Of a stretch of DNA of 16,665 nucleotides, positions 1-7,501 are shown one piece after another. The position numbers and the translations under genes were made by a program. A model generated the notes under the pieces. That model made no database searches. It saw only the letters and a list, made by a program, of their open reading frames with translations, and was not told the DNA's origin. Within the stretch, counting starts at the first letter, position 1, and the number at the start of each line of letters is the position of its first letter. The stretch covers positions 1-16,665 of the forward strand of contig JAYENL010000001.1 in assembly GCA_034722055.1 (NCBI GenBank), written 5' to 3'. Origin of the DNA: Armatimonadota bacterium. GTDB lineage: Bacteria > Armatimonadota > Zipacnadia > Zipacnadales > UBA5352.

Positions 1-409
1 TGGCGCAAGCGGGAGGGGGGAAACGGATCCGACCGATCCGCCGTTCTCCCTCTCGCTGTCGAAACGTCGTACGGAACGGCGGGCCGGACAGTGGTCCGGC
101 CCCTCCATGGCGCGTCGCATCGCGCCGTACGGAGGGGCGGGCTTCCTTGCCCGCCCGTGTCGTTCGCCGTCGTCGTGGACCTCCCCCCGACCCGAGCTTC
201 GCTCGGGCACCCCCCCCTGGCGCCACAGACGACGTGGCGCAAGCGGGAGGGGGGAACGGATCCGACCGATCCGCCGTTCTCTCTCTCGCTGTCGAAACGT
301 CGTACGGAACAGCGGGCCGGACAGTGGTCCGGCCCCTCCATGACGGCTGGGGGCGCTGCCTTCGCCGTACGGAAGGGCGGGCAGCCTTGCCCGCCGGTTG
401 TTTGCCGTC
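1..409. repeat. Tandem duplication (period about 234 nt) of a REP-like palindromic mosaic
   Basis: 1-109 and 235-342 are near-identical (one indel, two substitutions by eye); looser similarity continues over 123-171 vs 363-409. Each unit holds the hairpin GGGCCGGAC-agtg-GTCCGGCCC (81-102; 314-335) and a GG(A/G)-GGGCGGGC-loop-GCCCGCC hairpin (131-156; 371-395). Confidence 0.9.
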
Positions 410-420
410 AGCCGTCCTCG

Positions 421-492
421 CCTCTCCCGCCTGCGGCGAAGCCGCCAGGGAGAGGGGAGTGGAGTTTGCGGCGCAAACTCCGAGGGGTGAGG
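421..492 (-). repeat. Palindromic intergenic element of the CCTCACCCC-hairpin-CTCTCCC-hairpin-GGGAGAGG type
   Basis: The reverse complement reads GCCTCACCCCTC-GGAGTTTGCG-c-CGCAAACTCC-ACTCCCCTCTCCC-TGGCGGCTTCGCCGCAGGC-GGGAGAGG. A related element lies on the + strand at about 180-254. Confidence 0.65.
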
Positions 493-509
493 CAGTCGTC
501 CCTGCCGCC

Positions 510-1763
510 CTACAGCCGGTCCAGCGGGTCCTCGTCGATAACCTGGCCCTCGGCGTCCTCGTCGGCGAGCTGCTGCTCGCGGACCAGGCGGGCGCGGGTG
601 ATGGCGCGCCGGCCGAAGCGCTCCGCGATCTCATCCCGCGCCCGCGCCAGCTCGCTCCTGCGCTCGTCGGTGTCACTGAACAGCGAGAGCTGGCCGGGGC
701 CGGAGCCCTCGCTGAGGTTGCTCACGCCCACGCCGATCAGCCGCGCCTGCTGAGCGCCGAACCTGACGCGCCGCAGCAGCTCCCGCGCGCGCTGGAAGAT
801 GACCTCATCCAGCTCTGTGGGCTCCTCGAGGGTCTCGCTGCGGGTGAAGAGCTTGAAGTTGGAGAGCTTGACCTTCAGCGTGACCGTGCGGGCCCGCTGG
901 CCGCTGCGCCGCAGCCGCCGGCCCACCTCCTCGCACAGCGCCAGCAGCCGCTGCTCCAGCGCCGCCAGGTCGCGCGTGTCCTGCGCCAGCGTCTCCTCGC
1001 GGCTGATCTGCTTGCGGGAGTCCTCCTCCGGCCGATACCACGACACCGGCGCGTCGTCCCGGGCGTGGGCGGCCCGCCACAGATACTCTCCGTGTGCGCC
1101 GAAGTGCCGCTCCAGCAGCGTCTTGGGGACCTTCGCGAGCTGGCCGATGGTGTGCACGCCCATCTGCCGCAGGCGCTTCTGCGTCACCTCGCCCACGCCG
1201 GGAATGTCATCCACGGGCAGGTCGAAGAGCCGCTCCGGCAGCTCATGGGGTCGCACGATGCTCAGCCCGTCCGGCTTGTCCCAGTCCGAGGCCATCTTCG
1301 CCACCAGGCGATTGGGGGCCACGCCGATGGAGACGGTGATGCCCAGCTCCTCGCGGATCTGCTGCTTGATGCGCGCCAGGAGGCTCTCCAGCCCGCCGAA
1401 GAGTTTGATGGAGCCGGTAACGTCCAGGTAGGCCTCGTCGATGGAGGCCGGGTCCATGCGGGGGGTGAAGTGGCTGAGGACCTCCCGCGCGCGGGCGGCG
1501 TACTGCGAGTATGTCCTCCCATCCACGGGCAGGAAGACGCCGTGAGGGCAGCGGCGGCGGGCCTCCCACATGGGCATGCCGGAGCGCACGCCGTAGGGCC
1601 GGGCCTCGTAGGAGGCGGCGGAGACCACGCCGCGCTGGGAGGTGCCGCCCACGATGACGGGCTTGCCGCGCAGCTCGGGGTTCCGCTGCTGCTCCACGGA
1701 GGCGAAGAAGGCGTCGAAGTCCACGTGCAGGATGATGCGCTCGTCCGGGTCCCAGTCGATCAT
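510..1763 (-). CDS. dinB: DNA polymerase IV (Y-family translesion polymerase), 417 aa
   Basis: Motifs ILHVDFDAFFASVE, SAASYEARPYGVRSGMP, SIDEAYLD and SIGVAPNRLVAKMASDWDKPDG, plus the C-terminal beta-clamp motif QLSLF (678-692). Start set at ATG 1763 (MIDWDPDERIIL, GGAG just upstream); the extension to 2090 crosses the promoter and REP elements. Confidence 0.96.
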   Translation of the reverse strand: MIDWDPDERIILHVDFDAFFASVEQQRNPELRGKPVIVGGTSQRGVVSAASYEARPYGVRSGMPMWEARRRCPHGVFLPVDGRTYSQYAARAREVLSHFTPRMDPASIDEAYLDVTGSIKLFGGLESLLARIKQQIREELGITVSIGVAPNRLVAKMASDWDKPDGLSIVRPHELPERLFDLPVDDIPGVGEVTQKRLRQMGVHTIGQLAKVPKTLLERHFGAHGEYLWRAAHARDDAPVSWYRPEEDSRKQISREETLAQDTRDLAALEQRLLALCEEVGRRLRRSGQRARTVTLKVKLSNFKLFTRSETLEEPTELDEVIFQRARELLRRVRFGAQQARLIGVGVSNLSEGSGPGQLSLFSDTDERRSELARARDEIAERFGRRAITRARLVREQQLADEDAEGQVIDEDPLDRL

Positions 1764-1783
1764 CGGCTCCACCGACCGCTCAG

Positions 1784-1797
1784 CGAACGTGTGTTCG
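1784..1797. promoter_or_regulatory. LexA operator (SOS/Cheo box), CGAAC-N4-GTTCG
   Basis: CGAACGTGTGTTCG is a perfect GAAC-N4-GTTC palindrome 20 nt upstream of the dinB ATG and immediately downstream of the -10 box. Confidence 0.88.
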
Positions 1798-1802
1798 ATA
1801 GC

Positions 1803-1832
1803 ATCATACTCTCGCGCGGGCGCCGGTGTCAA
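1803..1832 (-). promoter_or_regulatory. sigma70/sigmaA-type promoter of dinB
   Basis: Minus strand reads TTGACA (1832-1827), 18 nt, TATGAT (1808-1803); an unlikely chance match in DNA of about 70% GC. Confidence 0.85.
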
Positions 1833-1906
1833 GGCGTGGTAAGCACTGGGTGCGGACTCCTGGTGTCGGGGCAACTGCAGACGAGGGCGGCGCCCCAGAC
1901 AGACCC

Positions 1907-1961
1907 GTGGGGCGGGCTTCCAGCCTGCCATCGCCTGGAGACGCGGTGCGTCTCTCCCCAC
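1907..1961. repeat. Inverted pair of REP-like elements
   Basis: + strand GTGG-GGCGGGC-TTCCA-GCCTGCC (1907-1929); - strand GTGG-GGA-GAGACGC-ACC-GCGTCTC (1961-1938). More degenerate hairpins extend to about 2106. Confidence 0.75.
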
Positions 1962-2111
1962 CACCAGAGCTCCGCCCGCAGGCGCGTAGGCGCCTCTCCC
2001 CGCCCCCACAGCCGGGGGGCGATCGTCGTTCGAGCGCAGCCTCAAGTGCACGGCAACAACTGCATGCCCTTGAGAGCGCGCCGGGCGCAAGTACGCGCGC
2101 CTCCGCGCAGC

Positions 2112-3533
2112 TCACTCCTCGGCGGGCGGCTCCGGGGGTGGCATCTCTATCATCATCGGCTCGCGCGGAGCGCCCATCTCTTCGGGCTTCGGCAGGCGGT
2201 AGGCGTCCTCGCCAATGGCGCAGCTATCGGGCGAATAGGCCTCCGCGTGCCCGTCCAGGAAGCCGTAGACGTTGAGGGTGCCATGCCGCGGCGGGTCGGG
2301 CTCAGACGCGCCGGGGAAGTCCGGCCAGTCGAAGGCGTTGCCCTTCCCGATCTCGGACTCATACAGCGCGATGGTGCCCCAGCCCCTCTGTGCCTCGGCC
2401 AGCGAGTGGCGGCTGAGCTTGTAGTTGAAGGCGTAGCTGAAGTCCGCATCGTCGGCGGGGCAGTGGTAGACTACCCGGCTGCCAACGTAGGGATGCACCG
2501 CGCTGCACCAGGAGCTGGCGACGGGCAGGCGCTCGTCGTAGTCCGCGGCGTACATGAGCATCCCCACCATCAGTTGCTGCACGTGGCCGCGGCACTCCTC
2601 CGTCTCCTGCTGCTCCTCCAGGCGCCCGGCGACCGCGGCCTGGAAGCTCTCATCCGGCCCCAGCACCTTCGGCTCCTCACACCACGCCAGCGACCAGCCG
2701 CGCTCGCCGTTGGCCAGCGGCATCGCCATGCGCAGGCGCACGGTGCCGGCCAGCTTCACGGTGGCGCGATCCCCGGAGATCCCGCAGTCGGCGACCTCGT
2801 AATCGGCCTTGATCTCCTCCGACAGAGCCAGGTCGATGGGGGAGAAGCTGCCGCCCATCCCCGGCTCCATCATGGCCATCATCTGCGTCATCCACTGTTC
2901 CCGCTGGGATCCCTCGGCCGTCATGGGCTCGAGCTGGCGCTCCACGGCCTGGCGGGCCTGATGCTGGCGGGTCTCCGCCAGGTCCACCGCCCAGCCGTCT
3001 CCCAGGCGCCGCAGCACCAGCGTCCATGTGAAGTCGCGGTGAATCGACAGCTCCGCCCATCCGCTCATCTCCCGGGTGACGATCTCACCCAGGTCCACCT
3101 CCGCGCCCTGCATCAGCACCGGCAGCAACTGCATCATCCGCGCCGGCCAGCCATAGTACTCCTCGGGTCGCTCCCGCCCGGCGATCTGGACGGGCGCCCA
3201 CTGGTCCATGGCCATGTCCCCGCTGCTCTGAGGGTGCACGAGGGCCCAGCCGGCCTCCCAGTCCTGGTCATCGATGGCGCGCACGTAGTCCAGCGCCACC
3301 TTGGTGATCGAGGCCAGGTCCGCGGCCGAGGGCTCCTCGCCCTCGACCTGTGCCTCCGGGGCCGGACCGGCCTGCTCGAGTGCGGCGATTGCGGCCAGGA
3401 CGGCGCTGCGTGCGGCGCCAGCGTTCGAGCGCGCGGACGCCACGGAGAGGAAGATGCTGAGGTACGTGACGAGGCCGAGGGCAGCAGCGAGAAGCACGTA
3501 CCTGGCGACGCGTCCGGAGAGCATCCGGCACAT
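2112..3533 (-). CDS. Membrane-anchored or exported protein with NTF2-like segments and a C-terminal DUF1559/H-X9-DG-like domain, about 473 aa
   Basis: N-terminal hydrophobic helix (YVLLAAALGLVTYLSIFLSVA). The C-terminal region CRGHVQQLMVGMLMYAADYDERLP...YHCPAD...SYAFN...H-GTLNVYGFL-DGH contains an exact H-X9-DG. Start set at ATG 3533 after GAAGGGGG; GTG 3542 is an alternative. Confidence 0.8.
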   Translation of the reverse strand: MCRMLSGRVARYVLLAAALGLVTYLSIFLSVASARSNAGAARSAVLAAIAALEQAGPAPEAQVEGEEPSAADLASITKVALDYVRAIDDQDWEAGWALVHPQSSGDMAMDQWAPVQIAGRERPEEYYGWPARMMQLLPVLMQGAEVDLGEIVTREMSGWAELSIHRDFTWTLVLRRLGDGWAVDLAETRQHQARQAVERQLEPMTAEGSQREQWMTQMMAMMEPGMGGSFSPIDLALSEEIKADYEVADCGISGDRATVKLAGTVRLRMAMPLANGERGWSLAWCEEPKVLGPDESFQAAVAGRLEEQQETEECRGHVQQLMVGMLMYAADYDERLPVASSWCSAVHPYVGSRVVYHCPADDADFSYAFNYKLSRHSLAEAQRGWGTIALYESEIGKGNAFDWPDFPGASEPDPPRHGTLNVYGFLDGHAEAYSPDSCAIGEDAYRLPKPEEMGAPREPMMIEMPPPEPPAEE

Positions 3534-3570
3534 CAGAACCACCCCCTTCGGTACATGTCATCACGCGAGG

Positions 3571-3599
3571 ACTTCGCCGGCCGACGGGCCGACACCTGC
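3571..3599 (-). promoter_or_regulatory. Putative alternative-sigma (sigmaH-like) promoter GCAGGT-N15-GGCGAAGT
   Basis: Lies about 37 nt upstream of ATG 3533 in the sense orientation; the same bipartite motif recurs at 10090-10118 (-) and 10140-10167 (+). Confidence 0.6.
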
Positions 3600-3676
3600 A
3601 GAGTTAGTGCGAAACGCAACGTCGGCGGTCCGCGCCGGCGCGCGCCGTGATCCCCCTGGATGGCCGGCTGGGAGAG

Positions 3677-4642
3677 CTACTGCTCCTCGGAGGGCGGTGG
3701 CGGCGGGCCCTCCGCCTCCTCCTTCTGCCGGCGCCTGTAGCGTACGATCAGCCAGATGGCAATCACCAGGGGGATCCAGACGACTGCGCCGGTGATGACG
3801 ATGTAGATCAGCGCGGTGACGACGGCCTGCACCGCCCGCACCAGCCCCCGCCAGGCGCCCTTGAGGTGATATGCGATCTGCCAGGCTGCGGTCTCCTCCA
3901 CCGGCGCCTCGCCGTATTCGGTGAGGGTGATGGTGAGCGTGGAGAAGGCCACCTGGTCCTTCAACATGCGCAGGCGGCCCTGGAGCTGCTCAATCTCCCC
4001 CCGCACCCGGGCCAGCTCGCGCTCCACCTCCAGCAGCTCAGAGACCTTTCCGCTCCTGGCAGCCAACTGCCGATAGCGCTCCGCCAGGGCCTGCTTGTTG
4101 TCGATGCGGATCTGGAGGTTGGCGTACTCCTCGGTGACGTCCTGCCCGCCGATCCGGTCGAGCTTGACATCGCCGAGCTCCTTGGCGGCATCGTAGACCC
4201 TTCGGAAATGCGCCGATGGCACGCGGGCCACGATCTCGGACTGCGTGCGGGTGTCGTACTCGTTTACGGTCAGCGAGGAGATGAAGCCGCCGACGTCATC
4301 CACGAGATCGACGATAGTCGTCTGCGCCTCGTCCAGGTTCTCGACTTCGATGTCCAGGTCGGCGGTCTTGATGATCTTGCGGGCCTGGGCGGCCTCGACC
4401 GTAGAGATCATCGACAGCGCCGCCGCGGTATCGCCGGTGGCGGAGATGTCCACGGCGCCGCCGGCGGCGGTCCGCGCCGCCATCTCCGGAGCCGCCTCCT
4501 CGGCGGCGTACTCGGCGCCGGGGGGGCTGGGGGGCTCCTGCGCCAGTTCCACCTCCCGCTTGGCACATCCCGCCAGCACTACGAGGCCGACGGCCGCGGC
4601 CAGCGCGAGCTTGGTCCGGCTCGACGCCATCATGCGCTGCAT
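3677..4642 (-). CDS. DUF4349 domain lipoprotein, about 321 aa
   Basis: Lipobox VVLAG-C; DUF4349-type motifs KIIKTADLDIEV, GQDVTEEYANLQIRI and ELLEVERELARVRGEIEQLQGRLRMLKDQVAFSTLTITL; C-terminal TM helix followed by RRR. Start set at ATG 4642 after GAGGAGG. Confidence 0.9.
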   Translation of the reverse strand: MQRMMASSRTKLALAAAVGLVVLAGCAKREVELAQEPPSPPGAEYAAEEAAPEMAARTAAGGAVDISATGDTAAALSMISTVEAAQARKIIKTADLDIEVENLDEAQTTIVDLVDDVGGFISSLTVNEYDTRTQSEIVARVPSAHFRRVYDAAKELGDVKLDRIGGQDVTEEYANLQIRIDNKQALAERYRQLAARSGKVSELLEVERELARVRGEIEQLQGRLRMLKDQVAFSTLTITLTEYGEAPVEETAAWQIAYHLKGAWRGLVRAVQAVVTALIYIVITGAVVWIPLVIAIWLIVRYRRRQKEEAEGPPPPPSEEQ

Positions 4643-4693
4643 CGGCGATGCCCTCCTCACGGCGTGATGCCACAGCCGCCCAGCCATCGGTAT

Positions 4694-4719
4694 GACGACG
4701 CGCCCCCGCCTGCGGTTCC
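4694..4719 (-). promoter_or_regulatory. Putative ECF sigma factor promoter GGAACC-N16-CGTC
   Basis: Minus strand reads GGAACC gcaggcgggggcgcgt CGTCATA about 50 nt upstream of the DUF4349 start, matching the generic ECF -35 AAC / -10 CGT pattern. Confidence 0.6.
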
Positions 4720-4768
4720 GTCACGTGCCACCCACGACCGCACTCCTGCGTCGGGGGAGGCAGTGGGA

Positions 4769-7501
4769 CTACTCCGCCAGCGCCGCCCGCAGGGCCGCGC
4801 GGAGTCGTTGAGCCGACGAGCGCGAGACAAGGACATACACGGGCGCCTTCGTGACCTCCAGCGTGTCCTCCAACGGAAGGCGATTGCCCATGGTGTCGAG
4901 CAACTGAGCATCGTCCGGCAGGTCCAGGGCGAACCGGCTGGCCGACAGCTTGGTCCTGGCCCAGATGACCGCCACGAAGCGGTCGGCGGTGCGAAGATAG
5001 CAGGCCGTGATGCCGCTATCATACTCCTCGACGCCCGCCCCCTCGCACGGGTCCAACAGCCACGCTGCGATGCTGTAGACGACCCCATGCGGCCGGATGG
5101 TGCGGTCCCACTCGTAGATCGACATGGCGCTGAGACGCGGGAGCATGCGCGGCTCGACGTTCGTCCAGTAGTAGAAGTAGCGCTCCGAGCCGGAGGCGAT
5201 GGAGAGGGCGAAGTACTGCAGCGACAGGTGCACGGCCTCACCCACCGGAAGTCCGCCGATGCGCCGGGTGTACTGGCTCTCAAGCCTGTCGGGGGTGAAG
5301 CGGTAGAAGCTCGTGGCGGTCAGGCCGGTCTCGGTGTTCCAGCGGGGCATGACGCTTCCGTGGCGCGTTGCCCATGAGCGGACACGATCGTAGGGCGCCC
5401 TGCTCTGGCAGCCGTAGCCGTGGTAGGAGAAGATGGTCGCGCCATCCAAGGCGCCGGCCGCCACTGTCTCGGCGGCCCAGTCAGGGACATTGGGCGAGCA
5501 GCAGGGCGCCAGCACCACACAGGCGGGATTCACCTCGCGTGCCGCCTCGGCCGCCACCTGCGCCATCCGTGCGTACTGCGCCGCGGTGCCACCGTAGAAG
5601 CCATTGTGGTAGGGCTCGTTCCAGACCTCCCAGTGGCGTATCCATGGCCGGTAGTGCCCCACGACGGTGCGCACGTAGCGGCGGAACTCGTCCTCGTCGC
5701 GGTAGGGCCCGACGCCGCGGCGCTGCGCGTCACTGCCCTCCTCGGCCACCGTCCCCCAGTCCGGCACGCGGAGGAACTCGCCGAGGATATGCAGGCCGGC
5801 GTCACGCACCCGCTCGACCTGGTCGTCGAAGAAGCGCCACTGGTCCGGCTCCGGCTCGGCGGTGCGCCAGTGCGTGATGCTGGAGCAATCATGAATGCGC
5901 GTCCAGCGATAGCCCAGCCGCCGCGCGGCGCGCATCTGCCAGTCGGAGTGGGTCGCGAAGTGCCCCCCGATGACGGACTGCTCCGGCGGGACGTTCCGCG
6001 GCCGGGGGATCACCGACAGCACTACTGAGGCCAGGGGCTCCGGATCATCGCCCAGGTGCGCGTCCGCCCGGAAGGCGCCCAGCTCCCGCAGCGGCAGCTC
6101 CACCGGCCGGCTGAGCGTCTCGCCCGGGGCGAGATGCACTGGCACGGGCACCTCCGCCACCACTCGCTCGCGGTAGTCGCGAACTCGCACCGCAATCGTC
6201 TCGTCCACGGCCTCGCTGCCGGCGTGAACCTGGAGCGTCAGCACCTTCGGCTGTCCGGGCGCGAAGATGCAGGCGAAGGCGTCGGTGGTCAGCGACGCCT
6301 CCACGGGCGCGGACGGCTCATACTCGGCGCCGGCGGTGGACAGCGACAGCGCGTCCAGCCACAGCGTGGCCGCGCCCTGCGCGGTGCCACTCACGGTCAG
6401 ATAGTAGGCGCCATTGAGCGACGGCGCCACGGCTCCGGTGGCCGACAAGCGCCGGAGCGTCTCGTCGGGCTGAGCCGTCAGCTCCAGGACCGGCTGAGCC
6501 TGGCTGATGCGCACCGCCGAGTGCAGATGCACGCGCAGCTCCACCGGCCCGCCGGTAGCGGCCGCCGAGATGGCCAGCGTGAAGGGCTCATCGCCAGCGC
6601 CAAACTCGATGCAGGGCGTGGTCAGCGAGACGTGGTCCTCCGCCTGCAGGTCGAAGCGGATCGAGCGCCGCCCGTGGGCGACATGCTCCTCGCACGGCCA
6701 ACGTGGCTCGGCGCCGGCGACATCCCAGTGGTGCGCCACGTCCACCTCGAAGCTTCCGTGGGGCACGACGTTGCCCTCCGGCGGCGGCCCCCCGATGGCC
6801 TCCGGCTCGTGCGTCTCGACCGAGGCGTCGTCGATCCACACGGTGCCCGTGTCCTGGGCCTCAAACCAGATGTAGAGGCCGGCGTTGTCATCGCTCTCGA
6901 GAGTCGTCCCCTCGATCTCGAACAGCTCCCAGTCGCGGCCGGGCTCGAAGGTGCCCCGGAGGTGCTTGGTGTAGGGCGGCGGCGAGTGGCGCAGCGAGGC
7001 GCCCACCTCGGGCACGTGGCCCTCCGCCCGCACCCACATCCGGACCACGTAGCGCCTGCCGGCCTCGATGTCCAGTGGCTGCAGGAACTGCGAGGCGCCG
7101 CTGGTGCGACTGCGGCACTCGATGCGCTGGCAGGTCTGGCCCGAGTGCGGGTTCTGGCGGTCGAGGCTGAAGACGGTATCGCAATGGCCCCACACGTTAG
7201 GCAGCCAGCCCTGCGCCAGGCCCACTTCCGTGGCCGGCGGCTCGAACCCCGGGTTCTGCAGCAGGTTCTCGGCCTGGCAGGTGGGGGCGGCGAGCAGACC
7301 CACGAGCGCGATGACCGTCGGCAGCAGCAGAGAGTGTCCGCATGGCGCCATTGCGGGTCGGCTCATGGTACCATGCCGCCTCTTGGTGTACCGCGCATTG
7401 CCCTGACTTTGGTCTGGACGGGTGCCGGGCTGGAAGCCCCGCCTACGCGAATGAACTGCCGCGAGCGGCCCCCACGCCGACACCAGCATGGGAGTGCGCA
7501 T
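4769..7501 (-). CDS. Secreted clan GH-A glycoside hydrolase (GH39/GH5/GH42-like) with two N-terminal CBM4_9-like modules
   Basis: Signal peptide LLLPTVIALVGLLAAPTCQA; CBM starts NLLQNPGFE and NVVPHGSFE; acid/base motif WEVWNEP; SYHGY; nucleophile motif WNTETG. Start uncertain: ATG 7501 has GAGGAGG upstream, while ATG 7366 or 7351 give a more conventional signal peptide. Confidence 0.85.
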   Translation of the reverse strand: MRTPMLVSAWGPLAAVHSRRRGFQPGTRPDQSQGNARYTKRRHGTMSRPAMAPCGHSLLLPTVIALVGLLAAPTCQAENLLQNPGFEPPATEVGLAQGWLPNVWGHCDTVFSLDRQNPHSGQTCQRIECRSRTSGASQFLQPLDIEAGRRYVVRMWVRAEGHVPEVGASLRHSPPPYTKHLRGTFEPGRDWELFEIEGTTLESDDNAGLYIWFEAQDTGTVWIDDASVETHEPEAIGGPPPEGNVVPHGSFEVDVAHHWDVAGAEPRWPCEEHVAHGRRSIRFDLQAEDHVSLTTPCIEFGAGDEPFTLAISAAATGGPVELRVHLHSAVRISQAQPVLELTAQPDETLRRLSATGAVAPSLNGAYYLTVSGTAQGAATLWLDALSLSTAGAEYEPSAPVEASLTTDAFACIFAPGQPKVLTLQVHAGSEAVDETIAVRVRDYRERVVAEVPVPVHLAPGETLSRPVELPLRELGAFRADAHLGDDPEPLASVVLSVIPRPRNVPPEQSVIGGHFATHSDWQMRAARRLGYRWTRIHDCSSITHWRTAEPEPDQWRFFDDQVERVRDAGLHILGEFLRVPDWGTVAEEGSDAQRRGVGPYRDEDEFRRYVRTVVGHYRPWIRHWEVWNEPYHNGFYGGTAAQYARMAQVAAEAAREVNPACVVLAPCCSPNVPDWAAETVAAGALDGATIFSYHGYGCQSRAPYDRVRSWATRHGSVMPRWNTETGLTATSFYRFTPDRLESQYTRRIGGLPVGEAVHLSLQYFALSIASGSERYFYYWTNVEPRMLPRLSAMSIYEWDRTIRPHGVVYSIAAWLLDPCEGAGVEEYDSGITACYLRTADRFVAVIWARTKLSASRFALDLPDDAQLLDTMGNRLPLEDTLEVTKAPVYVLVSRSSAQRLRAALRAALAE
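7424..7475 (-). repeat. Two REP-like elements
   Basis: Minus strand GTGG-GG-GCCGC-TC-GCGGC (7475-7458) and GTAG-GCG-GGGC-TTCCA-GCCC (7446-7427); the second shares the GGCTTCCAGCC core with the elements at 1907, 16344 and 16458. Confidence 0.65.

Noticed and set aside
1..409. Possible CRISPR array (also considered for 16342-16486)
   Set aside because: Only two copies of each repeat, unit lengths and spacing do not fit CRISPR, the spacers are themselves palindromic, and there are no cas genes.
1764..2090. 109-aa N-terminal extension of dinB in the ORF track
   Set aside because: It runs through the LexA box, the sigma70 promoter and REP elements (translating as AGWKPAPR); Y-family homology starts at ERIILHVD.
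147..3650. 1167-aa + strand ORF (also 3647-5377, 6056-7936 and the - strand ORFs 9956-11071, 11090-12670, 13590-14600)
   Set aside because: These are antisense shadows of genuine high-GC3 genes; they have no recognisable motifs, are rich in Arg/Ala/Gly/Leu/His, and cross promoters and REP elements.
3600..3676. Possible riboswitch or ncRNA (TGCG-AAA-CGCA hairpin, CGCGCCGGCGCG palindrome); the divergent gap 10032-10192 was also considered
   Set aside because: No match by eye to the conserved cores of c-di-GMP, TPP, SAM, cobalamin or other riboswitches; short GC hairpins are expected by chance. An Rfam/Infernal scan would be decisive.
4721..4749. GCAGGA on the minus strand as another copy of the sigmaH-like motif
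   Set aside because: There is no GAA box at the expected spacing.
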